Under the pieces are notes generated by a model. It saw nothing but the letters and a program-made list of their open reading frames with translations. It was not told the origin of the DNA and made no database searches. A stretch of DNA of 59,924 bases from Candidatus Zhuqueibacterota bacterium (GTDB taxonomy: Bacteria; Zhuqueibacterota; Zhuqueibacteria; Thermofontimicrobiales; Thiofontviventaceae): positions 1 to 59,924 of the forward strand of contig JAZBPW010000081.1 in the NCBI GenBank assembly GCA_036351795.1, in the 5' to 3' direction. Every line of letters starts with the position of its first letter. Positions within the stretch are counted from its first letter, which is position 1. A program made the position numbers and the translations under genes. This document shows positions 48,703 through 58,818 of the stretch, in pieces.

Positions 48703-49227
48703 TCACAATCGATCCTCCCGGTTACTTCCCATGAGTCTTCTCAGGGAGAGGTGCAGCAGAATGTATAAGACTGCGGTAATGCCAAACAGCAGCAATATCG
48801 ATCCACGGAACAGTATCCACAGCCTGGTCTTTTCAATGCCGAGGGCGATGGCAAAAGAGATCGCAAGGATCACCATCAATCCACTGAGCCGGTCGAAACC
48901 AGGAATGTCGTCAAATGCGATGCTCTTTCTTATCAACGACAAGGTAATGATCATGGACACCACCGGAAGAAAGTATACCAGAACATTGACTCTTGTCAAG
49001 TCACCACGCTGGAAGAACATGGTGTATCCGATGAGCACAAGAGAAAATATGCCTGGCACGCACACGGAATAGGTCAGTACAGAGAACAGGCGTTTCCAGG
49101 GATTTGTGATCGCTCCGGCCTTGAACTTGATGCTCAGGATGCACGCCAGGACCACCGGAGCGGTGAAAAGCGCCAGTAATATGATGGGGTGTTCTCCGAT
49201 GAGATTCAGTAATTCTTGTATGGTCAT
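48703..49227 (-). CDS. Hypothetical membrane protein
   Basis: About 5 TM segments; YFLPVVSM, DDIPGFDRLSGL. AAGGGA RBS before the ATG at 49227. Confidence 0.75.
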   Translation of the reverse strand: MTIQELLNLIGEHPIILLALFTAPVVLACILSIKFKAGAITNPWKRLFSVLTYSVCVPGIFSLVLIGYTMFFQRGDLTRVNVLVYFLPVVSMIITLSLIRKSIAFDDIPGFDRLSGLMVILAISFAIALGIEKTRLWILFRGSILLLFGITAVLYILLHLSLRRLMGSNREDRL

Positions 49228-49479
49228 GTGTCCCTTCACATGAGTTAGAATTTATTCTTTTGTTTTATCATAAGCTTTATCAATTATGCTTAATTTTATT
49301 TTTTCTTAAATATAATTGGGAGGTTCCCCTGTGCTTCGTAACAATATAAGGACAACAGGGGCAAACAAAAATATACATACCATTGCCACAGCTATTGTGT
49401 CAACTCATGACTGAATATCTGAATACCATCGATAGAAAGCAGAGACCTCTTTTTAATACGCCCATCTCAATCCCGATAA

Positions 49480-51309
49480 TTATGCCGCTTCCAGTTTCTT
49501 TTTTCTTTTTCTGTCAAGCTCACTAAGCAATATCTTTCGCAAGCGGATAGATTTGGGTGTGATTTCGACATATTCATCTTCTCCAATATATTCCATCGCT
49601 TCTTCCAATGAAAATTTTATCGCTGGAGTGATTGATGTTTTTTCATCCGAACCGGAAGCCCGCATATTGGATAGTTTTTTTGTTTTGATCACATTTATTA
49701 CAATATCATCATACCTCGTACTCTCTCCGATTACCTGGCCTGCATATACATCTTCATTCGGCTCGATGAAGAACCTACCCCTGTCTTGCAGCTTATCAAT
49801 GGAATAAGCGATAGATGTCCCTGTTTCCATGGCCAGTAAAGCACCATTTCTCTTCGCATGTATTTTACCTTTCCACGGCTCATAACCTTTAAACCGGTGC
49901 GAAATGATTGCGTCACCTTCGGTTGCTGTTAATATCGGATTGGCAAGCCCGATCAAACCCCTGGCCGATATTTTGAATTCAAGATTTATTCTGTCGTTCT
50001 TTTTTACAATATTCATAATATCTGCTTTTCGTTTGGTGACAATCTCGATTACTTTTCCGGAAAATTTTTCTGAGACATTTACGTGCAGCAGCTCTACAGG
50101 CTCATTTTTATACCCATCTATTTCTTTGATAACGACCCTGGGCTGGCCTATTTGAAATTCATAGCCCTCTCTCCTCATCGTCTCTATGAGAATAGATAAA
50201 TGAAGAATGCCTCGGCCATAAACATGGAGTTTCTCGGGAGAATCAGTCTCTTCAATCTTCAATGCCAGATTCTTCTCGGTTTCCCTGAACAACCTGTCTC
50301 TCAGATGCCTTGATGTGACGTATTTCCCCTCTCTACCAAAAAACGGGGAGTTATTAATGGTGAAAAGCATGCTCATCGTTGGTTCATCCACTGCGATCGG
50401 AATTAACGCTTCAGGTTCTTCGTAATCGGCAATGGTATCTCCGATGTCAAAGTTTTCAAGCCCCATGATAGCGACAATTTCACCGGATTTGACCTCTTTT
50501 TTGGTTTTTTCTTTTCCCAGTCCTTCAAAAAGATAGAGTTCCTTAACAACAGATTTGTTAATCAGGCCATTCCTCTGAACAACAGAAACCTGGTCCCCCA
50601 TTTTAATGCTTCCTCTGTGGATTCTTCCGACGGCGATTCTCCCTATGTATGAGGAGTAATCCAAAGAACTGATCTGAATTTGTAACGTTCCGGGGTTATC
50701 TTTTGGCGGATCAAAGTAATCAATGATCGTATCTAATAAATAGGTGACATCATGTGTTGGTATTTTCCAGTCCGCTCCCATCCAGCCATATTTTGATGAA
50801 CCGTAAACAGTGGGATAGTTCAGCTGTTCGTCTGTCGCATCCAGAGAAATCATCAGGTCAAAGACGAGATCGTTCACTTCATCCGGATTACAATTCGGCT
50901 TATCGACCTTATTAATGACAACGATGGGTTTTAATCCAAGCGCCAATGCTTTTTGTAAAACAAATCGTGTCTGCGGCATGGGTCCTTCAAAGGCATCAAC
51001 GAGTAGCAATACGCCGTCAGCCATATTTAAGACGCGCTCTACTTCTCCGCCAAAATCTGAGTGGCCGGGAGTATCGATTATATTTATCTTTGTTCCTTTA
51101 TATCTTACTGATACATTCTTGGATAAAATAGTTATTCCTCTCTCCCGTTCCAGCTCATTTGAATCCAGAACCAGATCCTGCACATCTTGATTTTCCCGGA
51201 ACAATTTCGTGAGATGCAGAATTCTATCGACCATCGTCGTTTTTCCATGATCTACATGTGCAATAATTGCAATATTTCTTATATCCAAAAAATTAAATTT
51301 CCTTTTCAT
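49480..51309 (-). CDS. typA: Translational GTPase TypA/BipA
   Basis: AHVDHGKTT, ERERGITILSK, DTPGHSDFGGEVER, NKVD, GRGILHL, EITPKSIRLRK. Confidence 0.97.
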   Translation of the reverse strand: MKRKFNFLDIRNIAIIAHVDHGKTTMVDRILHLTKLFRENQDVQDLVLDSNELERERGITILSKNVSVRYKGTKINIIDTPGHSDFGGEVERVLNMADGVLLLVDAFEGPMPQTRFVLQKALALGLKPIVVINKVDKPNCNPDEVNDLVFDLMISLDATDEQLNYPTVYGSSKYGWMGADWKIPTHDVTYLLDTIIDYFDPPKDNPGTLQIQISSLDYSSYIGRIAVGRIHRGSIKMGDQVSVVQRNGLINKSVVKELYLFEGLGKEKTKKEVKSGEIVAIMGLENFDIGDTIADYEEPEALIPIAVDEPTMSMLFTINNSPFFGREGKYVTSRHLRDRLFRETEKNLALKIEETDSPEKLHVYGRGILHLSILIETMRREGYEFQIGQPRVVIKEIDGYKNEPVELLHVNVSEKFSGKVIEIVTKRKADIMNIVKKNDRINLEFKISARGLIGLANPILTATEGDAIISHRFKGYEPWKGKIHAKRNGALLAMETGTSIAYSIDKLQDRGRFFIEPNEDVYAGQVIGESTRYDDIVINVIKTKKLSNMRASGSDEKTSITPAIKFSLEEAMEYIGEDEYVEITPKSIRLRKILLSELDRKRKKKLEAA

Positions 51310-51377
51310 TTCGATTGATTGTAATACATGTTCGATATAGATATTTCTTTAAAAACTATTATTGATAATACTGGATA

Positions 51378-51406
51378 AATATAATGAAATTAATAGCGAA
51401 AGGCAA
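51378..51406 (-). promoter_or_regulatory. sigma70-like promoter for typA
   Basis: Minus strand TTGCCT-17 nt-TATATT. Confidence 0.5.
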
Positions 51407-51486
51407 GTATAAAGTCTACCATCTGCTTTGTTGGACTTGTCCCAAAGACCAGGTGTTCGTTGCCATGCATATGACCCGATGGATAA

Positions 51487-51524
51487 TAAGAAAATCCCTC
51501 CCCGGCTGACACCGGAGAGGGATT
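51487..51524 (-). terminator. Intrinsic terminator after the PFOR gene
   Basis: Minus strand AATCCCTCTCCGG-TGTCAG-CCGGGGAGGGATT followed by TTCTTA. Confidence 0.8.
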
Positions 51525-51549
51525 GTACGCGAAGTATACAGCAAATTGT

Positions 51550-54500
51550 TTATTCAGCCATCTTCTTATACTTTTCGTAACGTTCTTTCACGATCTCGTC
51601 GAATTCGTCCCAGTACCCTTCAACCTTTTCGGGGAATGTCACCTTCAGCGCACTGTAACGCTTTTCGCCTTTGAGGAACTCTTCGACCGGGATTTTCGGC
51701 TCTCTGGAATCCAGCGTCAACGGATTCTTGCCCTCTTCCTTCAATGCCGGATTGAACCGGTAGAGCAGCCAGTATCCGCTATCCACAGCCTTCTTCTGCT
51801 CGATCTGTGAATGCGACATATCGATGCCGTGATTGATACAGGGTGCGTAGGCAATGATGATGGCCGGTCCATCGTACTGCTCGGCCTCGACCACTGCTTT
51901 CACAAACTGGTTCTTGTTGGCGCCCATGGCAACCGATGCCACATAGACGTAACCGTAATTCATGATCATCATGCCGAGATCTTTCTTGGCCGTCTTTTTG
52001 CCCGATTCAGCGAACTTGGCGATGGAGCCAAGTGGCGTTGCCTTGGAAGCCTGGCCGCCGGTGTTGGAGTAAACTTCTGTATCCATTACCAGCACGTTCA
52101 CGTTGCGTCCCATTGCCAGCACGTGATCCAGTCCGCCGTAGCCGATATCGTAGGCCCAGCCATCGCCGCCGAAAGCCCAGACGCTTTTGTCCACGAAGTA
52201 GCTTTGCAGCTCCTGGATCTTCTGCAGGAGTTTCTTGTCGTCGCCCTTGGCCGACTTCATGACCTCAGGCAGCAATTGCTGTATCTTTGCCGCGTTGGCC
52301 TTGGCTTCGGCTTCTGTGCTCTTCCAGAGCTCTTTCGATTTCGTCAGGGCGTCGCGCAGAGCGCCGTTGATGCCGTTGTTGAGCGCCTTTTCCACGTTGA
52401 ACATCAGCTGCCGGCGGTTCGCATCTACTGCCAGACGCATACCGAAACCGTATTCCGCATTATCTTCGAACAGCGAGTTGGCCCAGGTGGGACCGTGTCC
52501 GTCCTTGTTCTTGGTGTACGGGATTGTCGGAAATGTCGCGCCCCAGATGGATGAACAACCAGTAGCGTTGGCCACGATCATCCGGTCACAGTAGAGCTGG
52601 GTGATCAGCTTCACATATGGCGTCTCGCCGCAGCCGGCGCATGCACCGGAGAACTCGAGCAGCGGTTGCTTGAACTGGCTGCCCTTGATAGACGCCTCTT
52701 TCACGACGCCGCTCGTCACATCGTTGGGAAGTGATTCGAAAAATTCCACATTGTCATTTTCACCGGCTTCTCTGGCATCCTCGATAGGCCACATCACCAG
52801 TGCTTCCTTCGGACATTCGTTCACGCATACTGAACAGCTCTGGCAGTCTTCGGTGTAGATCTGCACTTTGTAATCGTACTTTTCACCATCTTTTGCCATG
52901 GCTTTCAACGTCTTGAACGATTCCGGTGCGTCCTTCAGCATATCGCGATCGATGAGCTTGGCTCGGATCGCCGCATGCGGGCAGACAAAAGAACACTGGT
53001 TGCACTGAATGCAGTTCTCAGGGATCCACCGGGGAACCTGCGGTGCGACGCCGCGTTTTTCGAGCTTCGTCGTACCCGAAGGCACGTAGCCGTCGAAAGG
53101 CATGTCTGATACCGGGATATCATCGCCTTTTTCGCGCATGATCTTTTCGATGACATTGGTCGTGAAATCATCGGCGTTGTCCGGGATCAGTTTTTTCACC
53201 TCCTGGCTCTTTCCGGGCATGGCGGCCGGTACTGCGACTTCAGCCAGGGCTTCGTCGGATTTGTCCACGGATGCCCAGTTCATCTCAACGATCTCCTTAC
53301 CCTTTTTGCCATAGGTCTTTTTGATCGCATCCTTGATCATGCTGATAGCCTCTTTCCTGTCCAAAACACCGGAGATGAGGAAGAATGCCGTCTGCATCAC
53401 GGAGTTGATTCTGTTGCCCAGTCCAACTTCGTTGGCGATTTTCAGCGCGTCGATGTTGTAAACCTTGATCTTCTTCTCGATGATTGTCTTCTGCATCTCT
53501 TCCGTGAAGTTCTCGAAGACTTCATCGCTATCCCAGTTCGAGTTGAGCAGGAAGATGCCGCCATCCTTGATGCCTTCCAGCAGGTCGTACCTGCCGACGA
53601 AAGCCTGATTATGACATGCGATGAAATCAGCGTGCTCTACGAGATATTGCGACTGGATCGGATGCTTGCCGAAGCGAAGGTGACTTCTGGTGATGCCGCC
53701 GGACTTTTTCGAGTCGTATTGAAAGTAGCCCTGCGCGAACATGTCCGTATGGTCACCGATGATTTTGATCGAATTCTTGTTGGCGCCAACAGTGCCGTCA
53801 GAGCCCAGTCCCCAGAACTTGCAGCTGATCGTTCCTTCGGGAACCGTGTTGATCGTCTCTTTGATTGAAAGCGAAGTGTGCGTTACATCGTCGACGATAC
53901 CGACAGTGAATCCGTGCTCGCATTTTCCGTCGAGATGATCATAAACCGCTTTCACCATGGAAGGGGTGAACTCTTTCGACGAGAGTCCGTAGCGGCCGCC
54001 GATGATGGTCGTGTCTTTCCTGTCTTTCAGCGCGCTAACGACATCGAGGTAAAGAGGCTCGCCAATAGAGCCCGGTTCCTTGGTTCTATCCAGCACAGCA
54101 ATCTTTTTGACTGTGTCAGGAAGCGAATTAACAAAAGCATCGAGTGAGAATGGTCGATACAGTCTTACTTTGAGGAGTCCGAGCTTTTCGCCGTGTTCCT
54201 TATTGAGATGATTGATCACCTCTTCTATGGTTTCAGCTCCAGTAGCCATAGCGATAATCACTTTGTCCGCATCTGGCGCGCCCACATAATCGAACAAATG
54301 ATACTGTCTGCCGATTTTTTCGGCGAACATGTCCATATATTCCTGTACGATTGCCGGGGCGTCCAGATAGTACTTATTTACGGTTTCGCGTCCCTGGAAG
54401 TAGACGTCGGGATTCTGCGCGCCCACTTTGACTCTTGGATTTTCCGGGTTCATTGCGCGTCCACGGAATTCTTCGATATAGCGGTTGTCCACCATGGATG

Positions 54501-55077
54501 CGATTGTCTCGTAGTCGATGACTTCAATTTTCTGAATTTCATGGGAGCTTCTGAAGCCGTCGAAAAAGTTCACGAACGGAATTTTGGCTTTCAGCGTGCT
54601 CAGATGCGAAATAACCGCCAGGTCCATGATCTCCTGCAAGGAGCCGGCTGCGACAAGTGCCCATCCGGTATTCCTCGCCGACATAACGTCCGAATGATCG
54701 CCGAAAATGGACAGCGATTGACATGCCAGCGACCGTGCGGATACGTGGAATACTGCCGGGAGCATCTCGCCGGCGATTTTGTGCATATTGGGCAGCATGA
54801 GCATCAGTCCCTGCGATGCTGTGAAAGTGGTGGTCAGGGCACCGGCTGATAGAGAGCCGTGTACAGCGCCGGACGCGCCACCCTCGGATTGCATTTCGAT
54901 CACATCGACAGTCTGTCCGAAAATATTTTTGCGATTGGCAGCTGCCCAGGAATCCGCATATTCACCCATCGTGGATGAGGGTGTTATCGGGTATATAGCC
55001 GCAACATCACTGAATGCATAAGCCACGTGCGCCGCAGCCATATTTCCATCCATCGTCTCTTTTTGTAATTTTTTCAT
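51550..55077 (-). CDS. nifJ: Pyruvate:ferredoxin (flavodoxin) oxidoreductase, single-chain
   Basis: YPITPSS, SEGGA, GSDGTVG, ferredoxin motifs CIQCNQCSFVCP and CQSCSVCVNECP, GACAGC, TPP motif GGDGWAYDIG. Confidence 0.97.
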   Translation of the reverse strand: MKKLQKETMDGNMAAAHVAYAFSDVAAIYPITPSSTMGEYADSWAAANRKNIFGQTVDVIEMQSEGGASGAVHGSLSAGALTTTFTASQGLMLMLPNMHKIAGEMLPAVFHVSARSLACQSLSIFGDHSDVMSARNTGWALVAAGSLQEIMDLAVISHLSTLKAKIPFVNFFDGFRSSHEIQKIEVIDYETIASMVDNRYIEEFRGRAMNPENPRVKVGAQNPDVYFQGRETVNKYYLDAPAIVQEYMDMFAEKIGRQYHLFDYVGAPDADKVIIAMATGAETIEEVINHLNKEHGEKLGLLKVRLYRPFSLDAFVNSLPDTVKKIAVLDRTKEPGSIGEPLYLDVVSALKDRKDTTIIGGRYGLSSKEFTPSMVKAVYDHLDGKCEHGFTVGIVDDVTHTSLSIKETINTVPEGTISCKFWGLGSDGTVGANKNSIKIIGDHTDMFAQGYFQYDSKKSGGITRSHLRFGKHPIQSQYLVEHADFIACHNQAFVGRYDLLEGIKDGGIFLLNSNWDSDEVFENFTEEMQKTIIEKKIKVYNIDALKIANEVGLGNRINSVMQTAFFLISGVLDRKEAISMIKDAIKKTYGKKGKEIVEMNWASVDKSDEALAEVAVPAAMPGKSQEVKKLIPDNADDFTTNVIEKIMREKGDDIPVSDMPFDGYVPSGTTKLEKRGVAPQVPRWIPENCIQCNQCSFVCPHAAIRAKLIDRDMLKDAPESFKTLKAMAKDGEKYDYKVQIYTEDCQSCSVCVNECPKEALVMWPIEDAREAGENDNVEFFESLPNDVTSGVVKEASIKGSQFKQPLLEFSGACAGCGETPYVKLITQLYCDRMIVANATGCSSIWGATFPTIPYTKNKDGHGPTWANSLFEDNAEYGFGMRLAVDANRRQLMFNVEKALNNGINGALRDALTKSKELWKSTEAEAKANAAKIQQLLPEVMKSAKGDDKKLLQKIQELQSYFVDKSVWAFGGDGWAYDIGYGGLDHVLAMGRNVNVLVMDTEVYSNTGGQASKATPLGSIAKFAESGKKTAKKDLGMMIMNYGYVYVASVAMGANKNQFVKAVVEAEQYDGPAIIIAYAPCINHGIDMSHSQIEQKKAVDSGYWLLYRFNPALKEEGKNPLTLDSREPKIPVEEFLKGEKRYSALKVTFPEKVEGYWDEFDEIVKERYEKYKKMAE

Positions 55078-55167
55078 ATGAACCTTTCTGTAGTTTTCGT
55101 TTGCGACATTTGTCGCCTATATTTATACTTAACAGTGATTTCTTGGAAGGGGTGAAAAAGAAATCTA

Positions 55168-55196
55168 AATATACAAATTATTTTGGTCATTTTCAA
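55168..55196 (-). promoter_or_regulatory. sigma70-like promoter for PFOR
   Basis: Minus strand TTGAAA-17 nt-TATATT. Confidence 0.55.
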
Positions 55197-55225
55197 GTAT
55201 TTTCAAAACGATCCGGATTTATTCA

Positions 55226-57343
55226 TTAAATTTTGAGCAGAATACGGCTGTCCGCAACAGCACAACCACATCCCTCCGGATATACGATCAGCGGATTGAT
55301 ATCCAGTTCTGAAATCTCGGGGTGATCGACAACCAGCTGAGAGAGACGGAGGATACAGTCGACGATTGCGTTGATATCCGATGGCGGATTACCGCGGATA
55401 CCCTGCAGTATCTTGTACGCCTTGATCGATGTCACCATAATCTCGGCACTCACTTTCCACATGGGAGCGAAACGGAACGTGACATCTTTCATGACTTCGA
55501 CGAACGTTCCGCCGAGTCCGAACATGCACATATGGCCGAATTTTGGATCCTTGAAAGCGCCCAGGATGACTTCCACGCCCTTGTCCGCCATCTCTTCCAT
55601 GAGCACTCCGTCGATGGATGCTTTCGGATTGTGTTTCTTTGCGTTGGCAAGAATTTTATCGAATGCGTCTCTTGCCTCGGGCTTCGATCGGACGTCGAGT
55701 ATCACACCGCCGGCATCGACTTTGTGAACGATATCCGGTGACATTATCTTCATTGCCACGGGAAATTTAACGGTGTCGGTCGCGGAATCGATGTCATTCA
55801 CATCTTTCAGCAATGTGCTGTTGAGAACCGGAAATCCGTAATTCTTAAGAATGATATTTGCCTCGTTCTGGCTGAGGTAAACCGACTCATTCCCGGACAA
55901 CTTTTTCTCAATGAGTGCGCTCGTCGAATCGCGGTCCACGGGATAGGTAATGACCTCTCTGTTGCCAAACCCCAGATGTCTGCTGTAACGAACCATGGAT
56001 GCAAGTGCTCGCACAGCCTCTTCGGGAAAAGCGTAATTGGGAATACCATGGGCTTCCAGCAGATCGATACCCTCAGAGACATCAACGATGCCCATGAAAG
56101 AACAGAGAATGGGTTTGTCGATATCCTTTGCCGCCTTGGGAACGATTGCCGCTGTCTCAACAATGTCCGTCATGGCCTGAGGCGTCAGGATGACGATGGC
56201 GCTGTCGACGTTTTCATCCAGAAGCACTGTCCGGATGGCAGCTTCATATCTTTTGTGCGTCGCGTCTCCGATGACGTCGACCGGATTGTTAATACTGGCT
56301 GTGTGCGGCAGATTCTTGCGCAGTTTCTTTTTGGTGCTCTCGGCGAGCTCGGCAATCTCCAGGTCGTGCCGGATTGCCGCGTCGGTTGCCATAATTCCCG
56401 GACCCCCCGCATTGGTGATTATTGCAACACGGTTGCTTTTCGGCAATGGTTGTTGAGCCAGTGCGATGGCGTTGTCGAGTAACTCCTCGATGGTTTCAAC
56501 GCGATGAATGCCACTCTGACGGAAAATGGCGTCATAGGCTGTATCGGATCCTGCCATGGATCCGGTATGGGATGCCGCAGCACGCGCGCCGGCCGCGGAT
56601 CTTCCGGATTTCAGTGCGATCATCGGTTTCTTGTTTTCCCAGGCGATCACACGCGCCGTTTCGAGGAATTCCCTGCCGTCGGTGATGTCCTCGAGATACA
56701 TGAGTATGACATCCGTTTCCGGATCATCCTTAAGGTATTTCAGTAGATCGATTTCACTCACATCGGCCTTGTTTCCGAAGCTGATGAATTTGGAAAATCC
56801 GATGTTTCGCCCCTCAGCATAGTCCAGAACCGATGTGCACAGCGCACCTGATTGGGAAATGAAGGCGATGTTGCCCGGCTTGGGCATCTTGGTTGCGAAG
56901 CTGGCATTCATCCGGGTGTCTTCACTGTTATTGATGATTCCCAGACAGTTTGGACCGATCACACTGATGTCGTTTTCCTGTGCGACTTTCTTGATCTCGT
57001 TCTCCAGGGCGACACCCTCGCCACCGATTTCCTTGAATCCGGCAGTGATGACGATGGCGCCACTGACGCCTTTGCGTCCGGCTTCCTTCAGCACGTCTGC
57101 GACAGCTTTGGCAGGAACGACGACGACAATCAGATCCACAGGATCGGGGATGTCGGAAAGTGTTGGATAAGCCTTGATGCTTTGAATAGATTTTTTGGTC
57201 AGATTGACCGGATAGAGCACTCCCTGATATCCGCCGTCGATGATGTTGCGAAAAACAGCATGCCCCACACTGCCCTCCCGGTTACTGGCACCGATGACGG
57301 CAATGGACTCCGGGTGCATGATTTTTTGAATATGGTTCGACAT
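55226..57343 (-). CDS. Acetate--CoA ligase (ADP-forming), fused alpha/beta
   Basis: AVIGAS, GPNCLG, SQSGA, phospho-His in ASHTG, TNAGG, ATP-grasp HKVDAGGV, ELDINPL. No GNAT domain. Confidence 0.9.
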   Translation of the reverse strand: MSNHIQKIMHPESIAVIGASNREGSVGHAVFRNIIDGGYQGVLYPVNLTKKSIQSIKAYPTLSDIPDPVDLIVVVVPAKAVADVLKEAGRKGVSGAIVITAGFKEIGGEGVALENEIKKVAQENDISVIGPNCLGIINNSEDTRMNASFATKMPKPGNIAFISQSGALCTSVLDYAEGRNIGFSKFISFGNKADVSEIDLLKYLKDDPETDVILMYLEDITDGREFLETARVIAWENKKPMIALKSGRSAAGARAAASHTGSMAGSDTAYDAIFRQSGIHRVETIEELLDNAIALAQQPLPKSNRVAIITNAGGPGIMATDAAIRHDLEIAELAESTKKKLRKNLPHTASINNPVDVIGDATHKRYEAAIRTVLLDENVDSAIVILTPQAMTDIVETAAIVPKAAKDIDKPILCSFMGIVDVSEGIDLLEAHGIPNYAFPEEAVRALASMVRYSRHLGFGNREVITYPVDRDSTSALIEKKLSGNESVYLSQNEANIILKNYGFPVLNSTLLKDVNDIDSATDTVKFPVAMKIMSPDIVHKVDAGGVILDVRSKPEARDAFDKILANAKKHNPKASIDGVLMEEMADKGVEVILGAFKDPKFGHMCMFGLGGTFVEVMKDVTFRFAPMWKVSAEIMVTSIKAYKILQGIRGNPPSDINAIVDCILRLSQLVVDHPEISELDINPLIVYPEGCGCAVADSRILLKI

Positions 57344-57388
57344 TTACATCCTTTCGTGAGTTATATCAGTAATGTATGTGAAATTAAG

Positions 57389-58381
57389 TTATGCGATTTT
57401 TCCACGGAAAAGCATGTTCACGTATTGCGCTCTTTTGTAGATCCATGGATCCGTGCTGTTCTTTCTGCTTAGCTTGCCTTTGTAATCATCCAGTGACGCG
57501 CAGCCGTTCTCATCCATCCAGTTGGCAATGAAATCGAGCATCTTGGCAATCTGGTCGCTCTTGTTGCGATAAAGCGTACTGACCACTTGCACGCAGTCCG
57601 CTCCGGCTAACTGCATCTTGATCACATCGCTGCCGTCGAAAATACCTGTGCTTGCACATAGCTGGGCATTGATATTGCCGTGAAGCAGTCCAGCAAAGCG
57701 AAGGGGCAGCCGGTTGTCATTTTGCTCGCTCAAATTGAACGGAAATCTCATGGTCTGCTTCTCCACATTAATCTCGGGTTGAAACATACGATTGAAAATA
57801 ACGAATGCTTGCACGTCAATCCGGTCGGCGTTGGCAATGAACTGCAGCGGATTGGTGTAGAACGGGCTCAGCTTAACGCTGATTGGTATGGGTACAACTT
57901 TTTTTACCTCTTTTAAGATCGAAAGCTGCTCTTTTTCGATGTTGTCGCTTTTCTGATCGAAATCAGATGGCGTCGCATAAAAATTCAATTCCAGTCCCTG
58001 GGCGCCTGTTTCGGCGAGCTGTTTTGCGTAATCGACCCATATCTCTTTATTGACAGCGTTCAGACTGGCGATTACCGGAATATCGACGCTCTCGACGGTT
58101 TTTCGTACCCACATCAAATGCTCTTCAGGACCGGCGTGTTCGATTTCCGGATAAATGGTGACCATTTCGGCATGGATATCGTCATACTTGTGCAAATCTT
58201 CATCGAGTTTATACCGTTCCAGCTGTACCTGTTCCTCGAACAACGATTTAGTGACGATAGCTGCCACACCGGCATCTTCCAGCCTTTTTATTTTGTCGAG
58301 ATTTGCTGTCATATTGCTCGCGCCGGCAATGATTGGATTCTTAAGCGAAATGCCCATGTATTTCGTCTTGAGATCAGCCAT
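57389..58381 (-). CDS. Dihydroorotate dehydrogenase-like flavoprotein
   Basis: LKNPII, KSLFEEQ, ELNFY (no catalytic Cys), VKLSP, FNR, STGI. Confidence 0.88.
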   Translation of the reverse strand: MADLKTKYMGISLKNPIIAGASNMTANLDKIKRLEDAGVAAIVTKSLFEEQVQLERYKLDEDLHKYDDIHAEMVTIYPEIEHAGPEEHLMWVRKTVESVDIPVIASLNAVNKEIWVDYAKQLAETGAQGLELNFYATPSDFDQKSDNIEKEQLSILKEVKKVVPIPISVKLSPFYTNPLQFIANADRIDVQAFVIFNRMFQPEINVEKQTMRFPFNLSEQNDNRLPLRFAGLLHGNINAQLCASTGIFDGSDVIKMQLAGADCVQVVSTLYRNKSDQIAKMLDFIANWMDENGCASLDDYKGKLSRKNSTDPWIYKRAQYVNMLFRGKIA

Positions 58382-58560
58382 GGTAGACTCCTTTTATAGT
58401 TTGAAAAAAAGACATGTAAAAAGTAGAACGTTAAAGATCGTGAATTTTTCTGAAAAAATCAATGATTTTCTTCGGGAGATTTTGATTTGGACAGGATAAC
58501 AGGATATCTCAGATGGATCAATAGTTAATACCATCCTTTCCCCGATTCGTAACCCGAGCC

Positions 58561-58708
58561 TGTCATTGAGAGGAAGTCATAGATGTTAGGCAATGAAAAG
58601 ATGTGGCAATCGTCAAAACTGATCATGCTTACTTTATCAGACGGGCAGCGTATTTATGCGCTGCGCTTTTATAAATCGCACAGAACGATAGTGTCATTAA
58701 GAATGACA
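58561..58708. repeat. Degenerate palindromic intergenic element (GTCATTGCGAG...GGCAATC...AATGAC type)
   Basis: Begins TGTCATTGAGAGGAAG, contains GTGGCAATC and a GCAGCG/CGCTGC hairpin (58645-58664), and ends AATGACA. Confidence 0.4.
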
Positions 58709-58818
58709 TTCGCAGCTGATTTCTGAAATATACTACAGGGATGCGATCGAGTCTCATTTTTCCGCAAACGTATCTTTATGAAGGTATTTATTCTATCATA
58801 GCAAAAAGGGTTCATTTG

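Noticed and set aside
49326-49361. CCCCTGT/ACAGGGG inverted repeat as typA terminator or riboswitch
   Set aside because: The loop is 22 nt, there is no adjacent U-tract on the minus strand, and no riboswitch motif is present.
55226-57343. Protein lysine acetyltransferase (Pat/YfiQ)
   Set aside because: There is no GNAT domain and the phospho-His (SHTG) is intact, which fits an ADP-forming ligase.
51811-57472. Multiple 200+ aa plus-strand ORFs opposite PFOR and ACD
   Set aside because: They are typical antisense open frames caused by strong codon bias and show no protein motifs.
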